Below the pieces are notes generated by a model. That model ran no database searches and was not told the origin of the DNA. It saw nothing but the letters and a program-made list of their open reading frames with translations. The position numbers and the translations under genes were made by a program. This document shows positions 17,419 through 27,890 of a DNA stretch of 30,658 nt, piece after piece. Location: assembly GCA_022360335.1 (NCBI GenBank), contig JAKSCZ010000327.1:1-30658 (forward strand), written 5' to 3'. Positions within the stretch are counted from its first letter, which is position 1. Each line of letters begins with the position of its first letter. This DNA is from Pseudomonadota bacterium (lineage in GTDB: Bacteria > Pseudomonadota > Gammaproteobacteria > Steroidobacterales > Woeseiaceae).

Positions 17419-18434
17419 CGCGGATGCTCGAAGAGGCGTCGTCCGCGCCCGACGCGGTCGCCGGGCAGTTGCAGCGAAACGCAGCACTGCTGCACGAGCT
17501 CGGAGGGAGGATTCGCGCGTTGTCGCCCAGGCTGGTGCTGACCTGCGCGCGCGGCAGCTCCGATCACGCGGCGACCTACGGCAAATACCTGATCGAGCGC
17601 TTCGCGGGCGTGCCGACGGCTTCGTTCGCCCCGTCGATCAGTTCCGTGTACGCCCGGAGACAGTCGCTGCAGGGCGGCCTGTTCATCGCGCTGTCGCAAT
17701 CCGGCAGGAGTCCCGATATCCTGAGCGCGGCGCAGGCGGCGGCCGACGGGGGAGCGCTGGTATTGGCCATCGTCAACGAGGCCGATTCGCCGCTGGCCGG
17801 GGTCGCCGACGTCGTCGTTCCGGTACACGCGGGGCCCGAGCGGAGCGTCGCCGCGACCAAATCCTACATCGGGACGCTGACGGCGCTGGTCGGCCTCGTG
17901 GCAGCCTGGACCCGGGACGACGGTCTGGGCGACGCGCTGCGCGACGTCCCGCAGCGCTTGAGGGAAGCCTGGCGCCTGGATTGGTCGCAGGCCGTGGCGC
18001 CGTTGCTCGAGGCAGGCAGCCTGTTTGTCGTCGGCCGGGGACTCGGGCTCGGAATCGCCCAGGAGGCGGCGTTGAAGTTCAAGGAAACCTGTCGGCTGCA
18101 CGCCGAGGCGTACAGCGCGGCCGAGCTTCGCCACGGACCCATAGCGATCGTGGAGGCCGGCTTTCCGGTGCTCGTCCTGACGCAGGCAGACGAGACGCGT
18201 GACGGCGTCGGCTCGGTGATCGATGAGCTCGCGGGCCTCGGTGCACGCGTGATCGCGGCAGGTACGGAACACGAGAACGCCGTCAACCTGCCGACGCTGC
18301 GAACGGTCGCTCCACCGCTCGAGCCGATACTGTTCGTCCAGTCGTTCTACCGGATGGTCGGCGCCCTGGCCGTCGCACGCGGTTGCGATCCGGACAATCC
18401 GCCGCACCTGCGCAAAGTGACGGAGACGCGGTGA
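17415..18434 (+). CDS. nagB: Glucosamine-6-phosphate deaminase, SIS-domain type (NagB-II)
   Basis: TTG start overlaps the GH85 stop (TTGA); ATG 17424 is an alternative. ARGSSDHAATYGKYL, SQSGRSPD, VAATKSY, EAALKFKE, HAEAYSAAELRHGP and PPHLRKVTET, with no glutaminase domain. Confidence 0.88.
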   Translation: MTRMLEEASSAPDAVAGQLQRNAALLHELGGRIRALSPRLVLTCARGSSDHAATYGKYLIERFAGVPTASFAPSISSVYARRQSLQGGLFIALSQSGRSPDILSAAQAAADGGALVLAIVNEADSPLAGVADVVVPVHAGPERSVAATKSYIGTLTALVGLVAAWTRDDGLGDALRDVPQRLREAWRLDWSQAVAPLLEAGSLFVVGRGLGLGIAQEAALKFKETCRLHAEAYSAAELRHGPIAIVEAGFPVLVLTQADETRDGVGSVIDELAGLGARVIAAGTEHENAVNLPTLRTVAPPLEPILFVQSFYRMVGALAVARGCDPDNPPHLRKVTETR

Positions 18435-19606
18435 CCGGCTTGTCGATACGAAACGCCCGGGTCCTGACGGAGTCCGGCTTTCACGCGGGCTTGTCCGTGA
18501 CGGTTCGGGCGGGGCGCATAGACTGTGTGGGCGGCGAGCGGAAACCGGCCGGCGCCGGCGGCGAAACGTTCGACGCAGACGGCCTGACCCTGTTGCCGGG
18601 ATTCGTCGATCTGCAGGTCAACGGCGGCGGCGGCGTTCTGTTCAACGACGCGCCCACCGTCGAAACCCTCGGCGCGATCGGAGCGGCCCATTGCCGCTTC
18701 GGCACGACGGGGTTCCTGCCGACGCTGATCACGGACGAGATCGAGACGATTGCCCGGGGGATGGCCGCGGTCGACGCCGCCATCGAAGCCGGCGTCCCGG
18801 GCGTCCTCGGGATTCATGTCGAAGGTCCGTTTCTGAACGAGAAACGCAGAGGCGTCCACGATGCGTCGCTGATGCGGCCGCCGGACGACGCCGCGGTCGA
18901 ACTGCTGACGTCGTTGCGGCACGGCCGGACGCTCGTCACGCTGGCTCCCGAGATCGTCCCGGCGCGATACCTGGATCGTCTCGTCGATTCCGGGGTGATC
19001 GTCGCGGCCGGGCACACCGATGCCGGGTATCCGGAGGTACGCGCCGCCCTCGACGCCGGACTGCACGGGTTCACGCACCTCTACAACGCGATGTCGCCGC
19101 TGGCGAGCCGCGCGCCGGGGGCCGTCGGTGCGGCGCTCGAGGATCCGAACAGCTGGTGCGGGCTGATCGCCGACGGTTTTCACGTTCATCCCGCGGCCCT
19201 GCGAATTGCGATCGCGAGCAAGCCGCAAGGGCGCTGCCTGCTGGTGACGGACGCGATGCCGTGCGTCGGGACGTCCCTGGAATCCTTCGAGCTGCAGGGA
19301 CGGACGATCCGGGTGGCGGGCGGCCGCTGCGTGACCGGGGACGGCGTCCTGGCGGGCTCTGCGCTGGACATGGCCGCGGCCGTTCGCTACGCGATGTCGG
19401 CGCTCGACGTGGATGAGGCCGACGCGGTCAGAATGGCGAGCGGCTATCCCGCCGACGCCGTCGGGCTGGGTAAGGAACTCGGCAGGGTCGCGGCCGGCTA
19501 TCGTGCGGACCTCGTGCTCGTGGACGAGGCCTACGGCGTGGTCGCGACCTGGATCGGCGGCCGGCAGGTCTTCGGGAGGGGAGCCGATGCGCCTGTCGAC
19601 GCTTGA
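18431..19606 (+). CDS. nagA: N-acetylglucosamine-6-phosphate deacetylase
   Basis: GTG start overlaps the nagB stop (GTGA). PGFVDLQVNGGGG, GTTGFLPTLIT, GIHVEGPFL, TLAPE, AGHT, THLYNAM, IADGFHVHP, LVTDAM and LAGSALDM. Confidence 0.95.
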   Translation: MTGLSIRNARVLTESGFHAGLSVTVRAGRIDCVGGERKPAGAGGETFDADGLTLLPGFVDLQVNGGGGVLFNDAPTVETLGAIGAAHCRFGTTGFLPTLITDEIETIARGMAAVDAAIEAGVPGVLGIHVEGPFLNEKRRGVHDASLMRPPDDAAVELLTSLRHGRTLVTLAPEIVPARYLDRLVDSGVIVAAGHTDAGYPEVRAALDAGLHGFTHLYNAMSPLASRAPGAVGAALEDPNSWCGLIADGFHVHPAALRIAIASKPQGRCLLVTDAMPCVGTSLESFELQGRTIRVAGGRCVTGDGVLAGSALDMAAAVRYAMSALDVDEADAVRMASGYPADAVGLGKELGRVAAGYRADLVLVDEAYGVVATWIGGRQVFGRGADAPVDA

Positions 19607-21380
19607 CTGGAGCATCGTCGTCGCGACCTTCGCCGTGACGCTCGGCATCGGTCTGTACAGCGCCCGCCGTGCCGGCTCGGGCGCCGACGAGTTCTTTCTG
19701 TCAGGACGCAACATGCCCTGGTGGCTGCTCGGCGTTTCGATGGTCGCCACGACGTTTTCGGCCGATACGCCGAACCTGGTCACCGACATCGTGCGCAAGA
19801 ACGGGGTCTCCGGAAACTGGGTGTGGTGGGCGTTTTTGCTGACGGGCATGCTGACCGTTTTCGTATACGCGCGTCTCTGGCGCCGGTCCGGCGTCACCAC
19901 GGACATCGAGTTCTACGAGTTGCGCTACAGCGGCAAGTCGGCCGCGTTCCTGCGCGGCTTCAGGGCGCTGTATCTCGGCTTCCTCTTCAACGTCACGATC
20001 ATGGCGACCGTGTCGCTGGCGGCGATCAAGATCGGCGGCATCCTGCTGGGCCTGTCACCGCTCGATTCACTCATCTGGGCATCGATCGTCACGGTCGCGA
20101 TCGCTACCCTGGGCGGCCTGCGGGCCGTGCTGCTGTCGGACTTCTTTCTGTTCGGGTTGTCGATGGCCGGGGCCGTTGCCGCCGCCGTGTTCGCGCTGGG
20201 CGCGCCCGAGATCGGCAACATGGATGCGCTTCGAGACGCGCCCCAGGTAGCGGATAAACTCTCGTTCGTGCCGCAGCTCGTCAGGGACGCCAGCGGCAAT
20301 TTCACCACCGAGAGCATCAATGTCTTCGTCGCGGTCATGCTGATTCCCCTGGCCGTGCAGTGGTGGAGCGTCTGGTATCCGAGTGCCGAGCCGGGCGGCG
20401 GCGGCTATGTGGCGCAGCGAATGCTGGCGGCGAAGGACGAAAAAAACGCGCGTGCTGCGGTGCTCCTGTTCACGGCGCTGTACTACGGTATCAGGCCCTG
20501 GCCGTGGATCGTCGTGGCGCTTTGTTCGCTCGTCGTGTTTCCGGATCTCGCGAGCATCGCCGCGGCGTTTCCGGACGCGGACGCGTCGATCGTCAATGAC
20601 GATCTGGCCTATCCGGCAATGCTGCAGAAAGTGCTTCCGCACGGCTGGCTCGGTCTCGTCGTTGCCTCGTTGTTGGCTGCCTATGTTTCGACGATCTCGA
20701 CTCACCTGAATTGGGGCTCGTCGTATGTCGTGCACGATTTCTACCGTCGCTTCGTAAGGCCGGAGGCCAGCGGGCGCGAGCAGGTGTTCGTCGGACGCGT
20801 GTCGACCGTACTCATGATGGTCATCGCCGGCCTGCTTGCATTGCAGCTTTCCAATGCTCTGCAGGGATTCGAGATCATGCTGCAGATCGGCGCAGGCACC
20901 GGTCTGTTGTTCATCCTGCGCTGGTTCTGGTGGCGGATTAACGCGGTGAGCGAGATCGTCGCCATGATCGTATCCTTCGTCGTCGCGATTACTCTCAAGC
21001 TCGGCACGTTCGGCCTCGCAAGCTGGCAGCAACTGCTGCTTGGCGTCGGCATTACGACGGCTTGCTGGGTAACCGCCGCATTGCTGACGCCACCGGCCGA
21101 CGCTGCGACTCTGCGGTCCTTCTGCGAACGCATCAACCCGGGCGGCCCCGGCTGGCGGAGGATCTATCGCCAGCTCGAGGACGCCGGTATCCGGCCGGCC
21201 GAGTCGCCGGTCAATATTCCGCGCGGCATTCTCTGTATGGTGCTCGGGTGTTCGGCGGTCTACGCCGTTTTGTTCGGTACCGGATTCTGGCTGTACGGCC
21301 AGGGCCCGAACGCGCTGGCGCTGTTCGCGCTCGCCGCCCTGTCGGCGCTCGGCATCATCGCGCTTCGATTCAATGACTGA
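19587..21380 (+). CDS. Sodium:solute symporter (SSS) family transporter
   Basis: SD GGGAGGGG then ATG 19587. EFFLSGRNMPWWLLGVSMVATTFSADTP, EFYELRYSG, GGGYVAQRMLAAKDEK and STISTHLNWGSSY, with many hydrophobic segments. Confidence 0.93.
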   Translation: MRLSTLDWSIVVATFAVTLGIGLYSARRAGSGADEFFLSGRNMPWWLLGVSMVATTFSADTPNLVTDIVRKNGVSGNWVWWAFLLTGMLTVFVYARLWRRSGVTTDIEFYELRYSGKSAAFLRGFRALYLGFLFNVTIMATVSLAAIKIGGILLGLSPLDSLIWASIVTVAIATLGGLRAVLLSDFFLFGLSMAGAVAAAVFALGAPEIGNMDALRDAPQVADKLSFVPQLVRDASGNFTTESINVFVAVMLIPLAVQWWSVWYPSAEPGGGGYVAQRMLAAKDEKNARAAVLLFTALYYGIRPWPWIVVALCSLVVFPDLASIAAAFPDADASIVNDDLAYPAMLQKVLPHGWLGLVVASLLAAYVSTISTHLNWGSSYVVHDFYRRFVRPEASGREQVFVGRVSTVLMMVIAGLLALQLSNALQGFEIMLQIGAGTGLLFILRWFWWRINAVSEIVAMIVSFVVAITLKLGTFGLASWQQLLLGVGITTACWVTAALLTPPADAATLRSFCERINPGGPGWRRIYRQLEDAGIRPAESPVNIPRGILCMVLGCSAVYAVLFGTGFWLYGQGPNALALFALAALSALGIIALRFND

Positions 21381-21392
21381 TTGGGTGGGTCA

Positions 21393-22169
21393 ATGACCGA
21401 CGACTGGCACGAGGGATTGAGAAGTCATTACGTCTGCAAGAGGGTATCGCGGGCGCTCGACCTCGGGCCGGGACGCGTGGACCCGTTGTGGGACGAGTTG
21501 CCCTGGAGCGAACCGTTCGTCGACATCACCGGCAACGACGACCTGCGGCCGCGTTTCGCGACGCGCGTCCGCATGGCCTGGGACGACGATCGTCTGTATG
21601 TCCAGGGGGACCTCGAGGAACCGCACGTCTGGGGAACGATCACCCGGGACAACGAGGTCATGTTCATGGACAACAACTTCGAGATCTTCATCGACCCCGA
21701 TTGCGACGGCCTCAACTACTACGAGTTCGAGATGAATGCACTGGGCAGCGTCTGGGAACTCAGTTTGCCGAAGCCGTACGGCGCCGGTGGCGAGCCGCGA
21801 CTCGGCTGCAATATCGACGGCCTGATCCGGCGGGTTCGAATCGACGGGACCCTGAACGATCCCCGCGATACGGATCGCGGCTGGCGTCCCGAAATCGCGA
21901 TTCCCTGGAGCGGGCTGGCCGAGTATCATCGCGGCGGGCATTGCCCGCCACGACCGGGAGACCGCTGGCGCGTCAATTTCTCGCGCGTCGAATGGCGCCA
22001 CGAGATCGTCGACGGGAAGTACGTGCGGATTCCGCCGCACGGCACCCCCGTAGCCGGGAGCCTGGATCCGCAACAGCAGGAACATCCCGAGGACAACTGG
22101 GTGTGGAGCCCGCAAGGCGCGGTCAACATGCACCTGCCGGAACGCTGGGGAGAGGTGAGATTCGAATGA
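21393..22169 (+). CDS. Stand-alone carbohydrate-binding family 9-like (DOMON-like) protein
   Basis: TRVRMAWDDDRLYV, EEPHVWGT, DNNFEIFIDP, YYEFEMNALG, EIAIPW, WRVNFSRVEW and NWVWSPQGAVNMHLPERWG. No signal peptide visible. Confidence 0.8.
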   Translation: MTDDWHEGLRSHYVCKRVSRALDLGPGRVDPLWDELPWSEPFVDITGNDDLRPRFATRVRMAWDDDRLYVQGDLEEPHVWGTITRDNEVMFMDNNFEIFIDPDCDGLNYYEFEMNALGSVWELSLPKPYGAGGEPRLGCNIDGLIRRVRIDGTLNDPRDTDRGWRPEIAIPWSGLAEYHRGGHCPPRPGDRWRVNFSRVEWRHEIVDGKYVRIPPHGTPVAGSLDPQQQEHPEDNWVWSPQGAVNMHLPERWGEVRFE

Positions 22170-23725
22170 AGAAAGGTCATTGGCTCGTAGTGATCGCGGC
22201 GGTGTGCCTCGCAGGCTGCGGCTCGAGGGAAACGGACCAGGGCCTGCCGCGCGTAGCGATCGCGGGCCTCGCCATCGAGTCCAGCACCTTCTCGCCGGCC
22301 CGCACGCACGAGGAGGCGTTTCGCGCCAGGCGCGGCGACGAGGTCTTCGCGTCCTACCCGTTCTATGCGGACGGCTCGCAGATCATGTCCCGTGCCCGGT
22401 ATTTTCCGGCATTGACGGGCAAGGCGATACCCGGCGGTACGGTCACCCGGGCCGCGTACGGGAAACTCATGGAGGAGATGCTCGACAGGCTGCGGCGGAA
22501 CCTTCCCTACGACGGTGTGTTCCTCGATCTGCACGGCGCGATGAGCGTCGAGGGGCTCGACGATCCGGAAGGCGACCTGATCGCGAGGGTCCGCGACGTC
22601 GTCGGCGACGACGCCCTCATCTCGACGTCCATGGATCTGCACGGCAACGTGTCCTGGCGGCTCGCGGCCGAGAGCGACCTGATCACCTGCTACCGCATGG
22701 CGCCTCACGAGGATGCGCTCGAGTCCAAGCAACGGGCGCTGACGAATCTGCTGGACCGGCTCGCCAGCGGCGCCGGCCGTCCCGCCTTCAAGGCCTGGAT
22801 CCCCGTGCCGATCCTGTTGCCCGGCGAAAAAACGAGCACGCGGGTCGAGCCGGCGAAGAGCCTGTATGCGCGAATACCGGCGATCGAGGCGCGTGACGGC
22901 GTCGTCGACGCCGCAATATGGATGGGATACCCCTGGGCCGACGAACCGCGCAATCATGCCGTCGTGATGGTCGTCGGCGACGACGAGGAGCAGGTCACGA
23001 GCGGCGCCGAGTCGCTGGCGGCACACTTCTGGGCGGTGCGCCACGAGTTCGAGTTCGTCGCGCCGGTTGCGAGCTTGCACGACGCCCTGGACCGGGCCCT
23101 CGCGAGTGACCAGCGACCGTTCGTCATCAGCGATTCCGGGGACAACCCGACGGCGGGCGGGGCGGGCGACGTGACCTGGACGCTCAACGAGCTGCTGCAG
23201 CGGCCCGAGTTCCGGTCCGGCGACGGGCCCTCCGTCATTTACGCATCGATACCCGACGCGCAGTTCGCCGACCGTGCGCTCGAGATCGGCGTGGGGGGAC
23301 GGATCGACGTGCACGCCGGCGCTCGTGTGGACGATCGCTACGCGCCGCCCGTGCGCCTCGCCGGTACGATCCGTTCGATATCGACCGGGGACCCGGACGC
23401 GCAGGTCGAGGTCGTGGTCCGGGTGGGCAGCGTCGACGTCATCGTGACTCGCAAACGCAAGCCCTACCACTACGAAGCGGACTTCGACCGCCTGCGGCTC
23501 GAGCCGCGCGACACGGACATCCTGATCGTGAAAATCGGCTACCTGGTGCCGGAACTCTACGACATGCGCGGCGGCTGGCTGATGGCGCTGACGCCGGGCG
23601 GCGTGGACCAGAACCTCGACCGCTTGCCGTACCGCCGGATCCGGCGCCCGATCATTCCGCTGGACCCGGATATGGCGGACCCCGACCTGCGCGCACGCCT
23701 GGTGCCGCCGTCGGACAGTTACTGA
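22166..23725 (+). CDS. M81-family (MlrC-like) metallo-hydrolase, predicted lipoprotein
   Basis: ATG overlaps the upstream stop (ATGA); lipobox LAGC. RVAIAGLAIESSTFSP, LDLHGAM, DPEGD, SMDLHGN, YRMAPHED, SDSGDNPTAGG and VKIGYL match the MlrC pattern. Confidence 0.88.
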   Translation: MKKGHWLVVIAAVCLAGCGSRETDQGLPRVAIAGLAIESSTFSPARTHEEAFRARRGDEVFASYPFYADGSQIMSRARYFPALTGKAIPGGTVTRAAYGKLMEEMLDRLRRNLPYDGVFLDLHGAMSVEGLDDPEGDLIARVRDVVGDDALISTSMDLHGNVSWRLAAESDLITCYRMAPHEDALESKQRALTNLLDRLASGAGRPAFKAWIPVPILLPGEKTSTRVEPAKSLYARIPAIEARDGVVDAAIWMGYPWADEPRNHAVVMVVGDDEEQVTSGAESLAAHFWAVRHEFEFVAPVASLHDALDRALASDQRPFVISDSGDNPTAGGAGDVTWTLNELLQRPEFRSGDGPSVIYASIPDAQFADRALEIGVGGRIDVHAGARVDDRYAPPVRLAGTIRSISTGDPDAQVEVVVRVGSVDVIVTRKRKPYHYEADFDRLRLEPRDTDILIVKIGYLVPELYDMRGGWLMALTPGGVDQNLDRLPYRRIRRPIIPLDPDMADPDLRARLVPPSDSY

Positions 23726-24382
<657 letters not shown>

Positions 24383-24383
24383 C

Positions 24384-25670
24384 ATGCGCTACGAGTCGAC
24401 GCTCGAGTTTGCGAAGGCGCAGGACGCGTCGGACCCGCTGCAAGCGTATCGCGACCGTTTTCACTTCCCGTCGTCCGATGCCGATCGACTCGTGTACTTC
24501 ACGGGGCATTCGCTCGGCCTGCAGCCGAAGCCGCTGCGGGCGGCCGTCGAGTTCGAACTCGGCGAGTGGGCGAAATACGGCGTCGAGGGGCATTTTCGCG
24601 CGGCGAACCCGTGGTACGGCTACCACGAGCTGCTGACCCCGCCCATGGCGGACATCGTCGGGGCGAAGGCATCCGAGGTCGTCTGCATGAACTCGCTGAC
24701 GACCAATCTCCACCTGCTGTTCGTTTCCTTCTATCGCCCGACGAAGGCGCGTTACAAGATCGTTTCCGAGGCGAAGATGTTCCCCTCGGATCGCTACCTG
24801 CTCGAGACCCAGGCGAGGTTCCACGGTTTCGATCCCGACGAGGCGATCGTCGAGGTCGGGCCCCGGGACGGCGAACGGCTGATCCGCGAAGAGGACATCC
24901 TCGCGGCGATCGACGCCAATGCCGATGAACTCGCGCTCGTCTTTTTCGGCGGTGTCAACTACTTTACGGGCCAGCTGTTCGATATGCCGCGCCTGACCGG
25001 GGCCGCGCACGCCGCCGGCGCCCCGGCCGGTTTCGACCTTGCCCACGCGGCCGGCAACGTGCCGCTTGCGCTGCACGACTGGGGCGTCGATTTCGCAGCC
25101 TGGTGTTCCTACAAATACCTGAACTCGAGTCCGGGCAACGTGGGCGCCGTCTTCGTGCACGAGAAGCACGGCCGGAGTTTCGATCTGCCGCGATTCGGCG
25201 GCTGGTGGGGGCACGACAAGGCGACGCGCTTCGATATGGAGCCCGGGTTCCGGCCGATGGAAGGCGCCGAAGGCTGGCAGCTGAGCAACGTGCCGGTCCT
25301 GGGGATGGCGGCGATGAAGGCATCGCTCGACATCTTTGCCGAGGCCGGCATGCCCGCGCTGCGCAGGAAAAGCGAGACGCTGACCGGCTATCTCGAGTTC
25401 ACTATCGATCGGCTCGCAAAGGACTGTCCCGACGCCGGGATCGGCCTCATCACGCCGCGCAACCCCGCGGAACGGGGTTGCCAGATCTCGATCGACGTCG
25501 CAGGGAGGGGAAAGAAGCTGTGTGACGATCTGATCGCGGCCGGCGTATTCGCCGACTTTCGCGAGCCCTGCATCATCCGCATGGCGCCGGTGCCGCTCTA
25601 CAATTCCTTCGAGGACGTGCAGGCGTTCGGCAGTATCATGCGGGGCTTGCTGGGGCAGGAGGCTGCGTAG
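24384..25670 (+). CDS. kynU: Kynureninase
   Basis: [41 protein letters not shown]-lysine motif [13 protein letters not shown] and WQLSN. Confidence 0.96.
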   Translation: MRYESTLEFAKAQDASDPLQAYRDRFHFPSSDADRLVYFTGHSLGLQPKPLRAAVEFELGEWAKYGVEGHFRAANPWYGYHELLTPPMADIVGAKASEVVCMNSLTTNLHLLFVSFYRPTKARYKIVSEAKMFPSDRYLLETQARFHGFDPDEAIVEVGPRDGERLIREEDILAAIDANADELALVFFGGVNYFTGQLFDMPRLTGAAHAAGAPAGFDLAHAAGNVPLALHDWGVDFAAWCSYKYLNSSPGNVGAVFVHEKHGRSFDLPRFGGWWGHDKATRFDMEPGFRPMEGAEGWQLSNVPVLGMAAMKASLDIFAEAGMPALRRKSETLTGYLEFTIDRLAKDCPDAGIGLITPRNPAERGCQISIDVAGRGKKLCDDLIAAGVFADFREPCIIRMAPVPLYNSFEDVQAFGSIMRGLLGQEAA

Positions 25671-27035
25671 ATGAGCCGGGAGTCTTTCACCGTCGTCGGG
25701 GGCGGGCCCGTCGGGACGCTGCTCGCGATTCTGCTGGCACGCCGCGGATACGAGGTCGGGCTCTACGAAGGCCGGCCCGACTCGCGGCGGACGAGCCTCT
25801 ACGAGGGCAGGTCGATCAACATCGCGCTGTCCGATCGCGGCTGGACCTCGCTCGAGAAGATCGGTATCGGCGACGACGCCAGGGAGCGGGCCATCCCGAT
25901 GACTCACCGCGCCGTCCACGGCGTCGGCGGCGACGTCGCGGCGCTGCCGTACGGCAGGGAAGGGGATGCCATCTGGTCGGTGTCGAGGAGCGGTATCAAC
26001 GAGCACCTGCTGGACGTCGCGGACGCGGAGCCCAACATTGCGATGCAGTTCGGACACCGGCTGATCGACGTCGATTTCGAAACGGCGACGACCACTTTCT
26101 GGGTCAACAATACGGGCAAAGTCGTGGTCGGGGCCGACTACGCGTTCGGCGCCGACGGCGCGCACTCGAAGGTCCGGCGTCTGGCGCACGACCTGCCGCG
26201 CTTCAGTTACAGCCAGACCTGCATGCCGCAAAGCTACATCGAGCTCAACATACCCGCGAATGCGGACGGCACGCACAAGCTCGAAACGAACGCGCTGCAC
26301 ATCTGGCCGCGCAAGGATTTCATGCTGATCGCGTTGCCGAATGCCGACGGCACGTTCACCTGCACGCTGTTCCTGAACTACTCGGGCGATCCGTCGTTCG
26401 AGTCCTTGCAGGAACGGCCGGACGTCGAGGCGTTTTTCGAAGCCAACTTCCCGGATGCGATGGACTGTCTCGAGGAGCCCGTGGACGCGTTCCTGGCGAA
26501 GACGCCGTCTCCCCTGTTCCTCGTGCGGGTGTTTCCGTGGTCGTTCAACCGCAAGGTCGGGCTCATCGGCGACGCGGCCCATGCGATCGTGCCGTTCTAC
26601 GGGCAGGGCATGAACTGCGGTTTCGAGGACTGCGCCGAGCTCGATGCCCTGATCGCGGCCCACGATCACGACTGGGACCGGATCTTCCCCGCCTACGAAA
26701 ACGCCCGCAAGCCCAACGGCGATGCCATCGCCGAATTGTCCAGGCGCAATTTCGTCGAGATGAGCGAGCTGTCCGGCGACCGGCTGTTCCGGCTGCGCAA
26801 GATGATCGAGGCCAAGTTCAGCCGGCGCCACCCGGACCTGTGGACGCCGCTCTACTCGATGGTCACGTTCTCGCCCGACGTGCCGTACTCGGAGGCCCTG
26901 CGCGTCGGCGACGAGCAGAACCGGGTGATGGAGAAGATCATGGCAATGCCGGGCATCGAGGAGGACTGGGACGACGAAAAGCTCATGGAGCGACTGTTTT
27001 CGCTCGCATCCGAGACACTTGGGGACAGGCAGTGA
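25671..27035 (+). CDS. kmo: Kynurenine 3-monooxygenase
   Basis: GGGPVG FAD motif, GRSINIALSDRG, GADGAHSKVR, LHIWPR...MLIALPNADGTFTCTLF, GDAAHAIVPFYGQGMNCGFED and PLYSMVTFS. Confidence 0.95.
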   Translation: MSRESFTVVGGGPVGTLLAILLARRGYEVGLYEGRPDSRRTSLYEGRSINIALSDRGWTSLEKIGIGDDARERAIPMTHRAVHGVGGDVAALPYGREGDAIWSVSRSGINEHLLDVADAEPNIAMQFGHRLIDVDFETATTTFWVNNTGKVVVGADYAFGADGAHSKVRRLAHDLPRFSYSQTCMPQSYIELNIPANADGTHKLETNALHIWPRKDFMLIALPNADGTFTCTLFLNYSGDPSFESLQERPDVEAFFEANFPDAMDCLEEPVDAFLAKTPSPLFLVRVFPWSFNRKVGLIGDAAHAIVPFYGQGMNCGFEDCAELDALIAAHDHDWDRIFPAYENARKPNGDAIAELSRRNFVEMSELSGDRLFRLRKMIEAKFSRRHPDLWTPLYSMVTFSPDVPYSEALRVGDEQNRVMEKIMAMPGIEEDWDDEKLMERLFSLASETLGDRQ

Positions 27036-27877
27036 ACGAGACACCGACGAACTACCGCGAACTCGAGGAGAGTATCCATACCGACCTGAAGGACCGGATG
27101 AGCTACGGCAGGTACCTGCACCTGCCGGAAGTGCTGAGCGCGCAGCATCCGCTGACGGATCAGCACGACGAGATGCTGTTCATCGTCATTCACCAGGCGA
27201 GCGAGTTGTGGCTGAAACTCGCCGGGCACGAAGTGGAAGCGGCGATCGCCAACGTTGCGGAGGGCGACTTCCGGCACGCGTTCAAGGTCATCGCCCGCGT
27301 CAAGATGATCCTGGCCCAGCTGACGCAGTCCTGGTCGATTCTTGCGACGATGACGCCCGTGGACTACCTCAAGTTCCGCGACGCACTGGGCCCGGCATCC
27401 GGTTTCCAGTCCTACGCCTACCGCAAGCTCGAGTTCCTGCTCGGCAACAAGAACCGCAGGCTGCTCGGGGTGCATCGGCACGACCCCGAAGTCTGCGCGG
27501 AACTCGAGCGCGTGCTCGAGGCGCCCGGCCTGTATGACGTCGTCCTGCAGAAACTCAGTGACGACGGCTTTGCGATCGATCGGGAGAAACTCGAGCGCGA
27601 CTTCAGCCGGCCGTACGAGCCCAACGCGTCGGTACAGGCCGCCTGGCACGCGGTCTACGACGACCCGGATACCTATTTCGAACTCTACGAACTCGCCGAA
27701 AAGCTCGTGGACATCGAAGATGCCTTCCAGCTGTGGCGCTTCAAGCACATGTACACGGTGCAGCGCATCATCGGCAACCGCCCGGGCACCGGCGGATCGT
27801 CGGGCGTCCCGTTCCTCAAGCGGGCGATCGAGACGAGCTTCTTCCCGGAACTGTTCGCGATCCGGACCGAATTGTGA
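27032..27877 (+). CDS. kynA: Tryptophan 2,3-dioxygenase
   Basis: GTG start overlaps the kmo stop (GTGA). MSYGRYLHL, HDEMLFIVIHQASELWLK, FRDALGPASGFQS, WRFKHMYTVQRIIG and GTGGSSGVPFL. Confidence 0.96.
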   Translation: MNETPTNYRELEESIHTDLKDRMSYGRYLHLPEVLSAQHPLTDQHDEMLFIVIHQASELWLKLAGHEVEAAIANVAEGDFRHAFKVIARVKMILAQLTQSWSILATMTPVDYLKFRDALGPASGFQSYAYRKLEFLLGNKNRRLLGVHRHDPEVCAELERVLEAPGLYDVVLQKLSDDGFAIDREKLERDFSRPYEPNASVQAAWHAVYDDPDTYFELYELAEKLVDIEDAFQLWRFKHMYTVQRIIGNRPGTGGSSGVPFLKRAIETSFFPELFAIRTEL

Positions 27878-27890
27878 TTCGAGACCGCGG

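Noticed and set aside
17415-18434. Calling the SIS protein GlmS
   Set aside because: It lacks the N-terminal glutaminase domain and sits between GH85 and nagA, which fits NagB-II.
22166-23725. Idea that the M81 hydrolase is the missing kynurenine formamidase
   Set aside because: It is a predicted lipoprotein, coupled to the glycan operon, and separated from nbaC by a gap with its own -10-like element, while the kynurenine enzymes are cytoplasmic.
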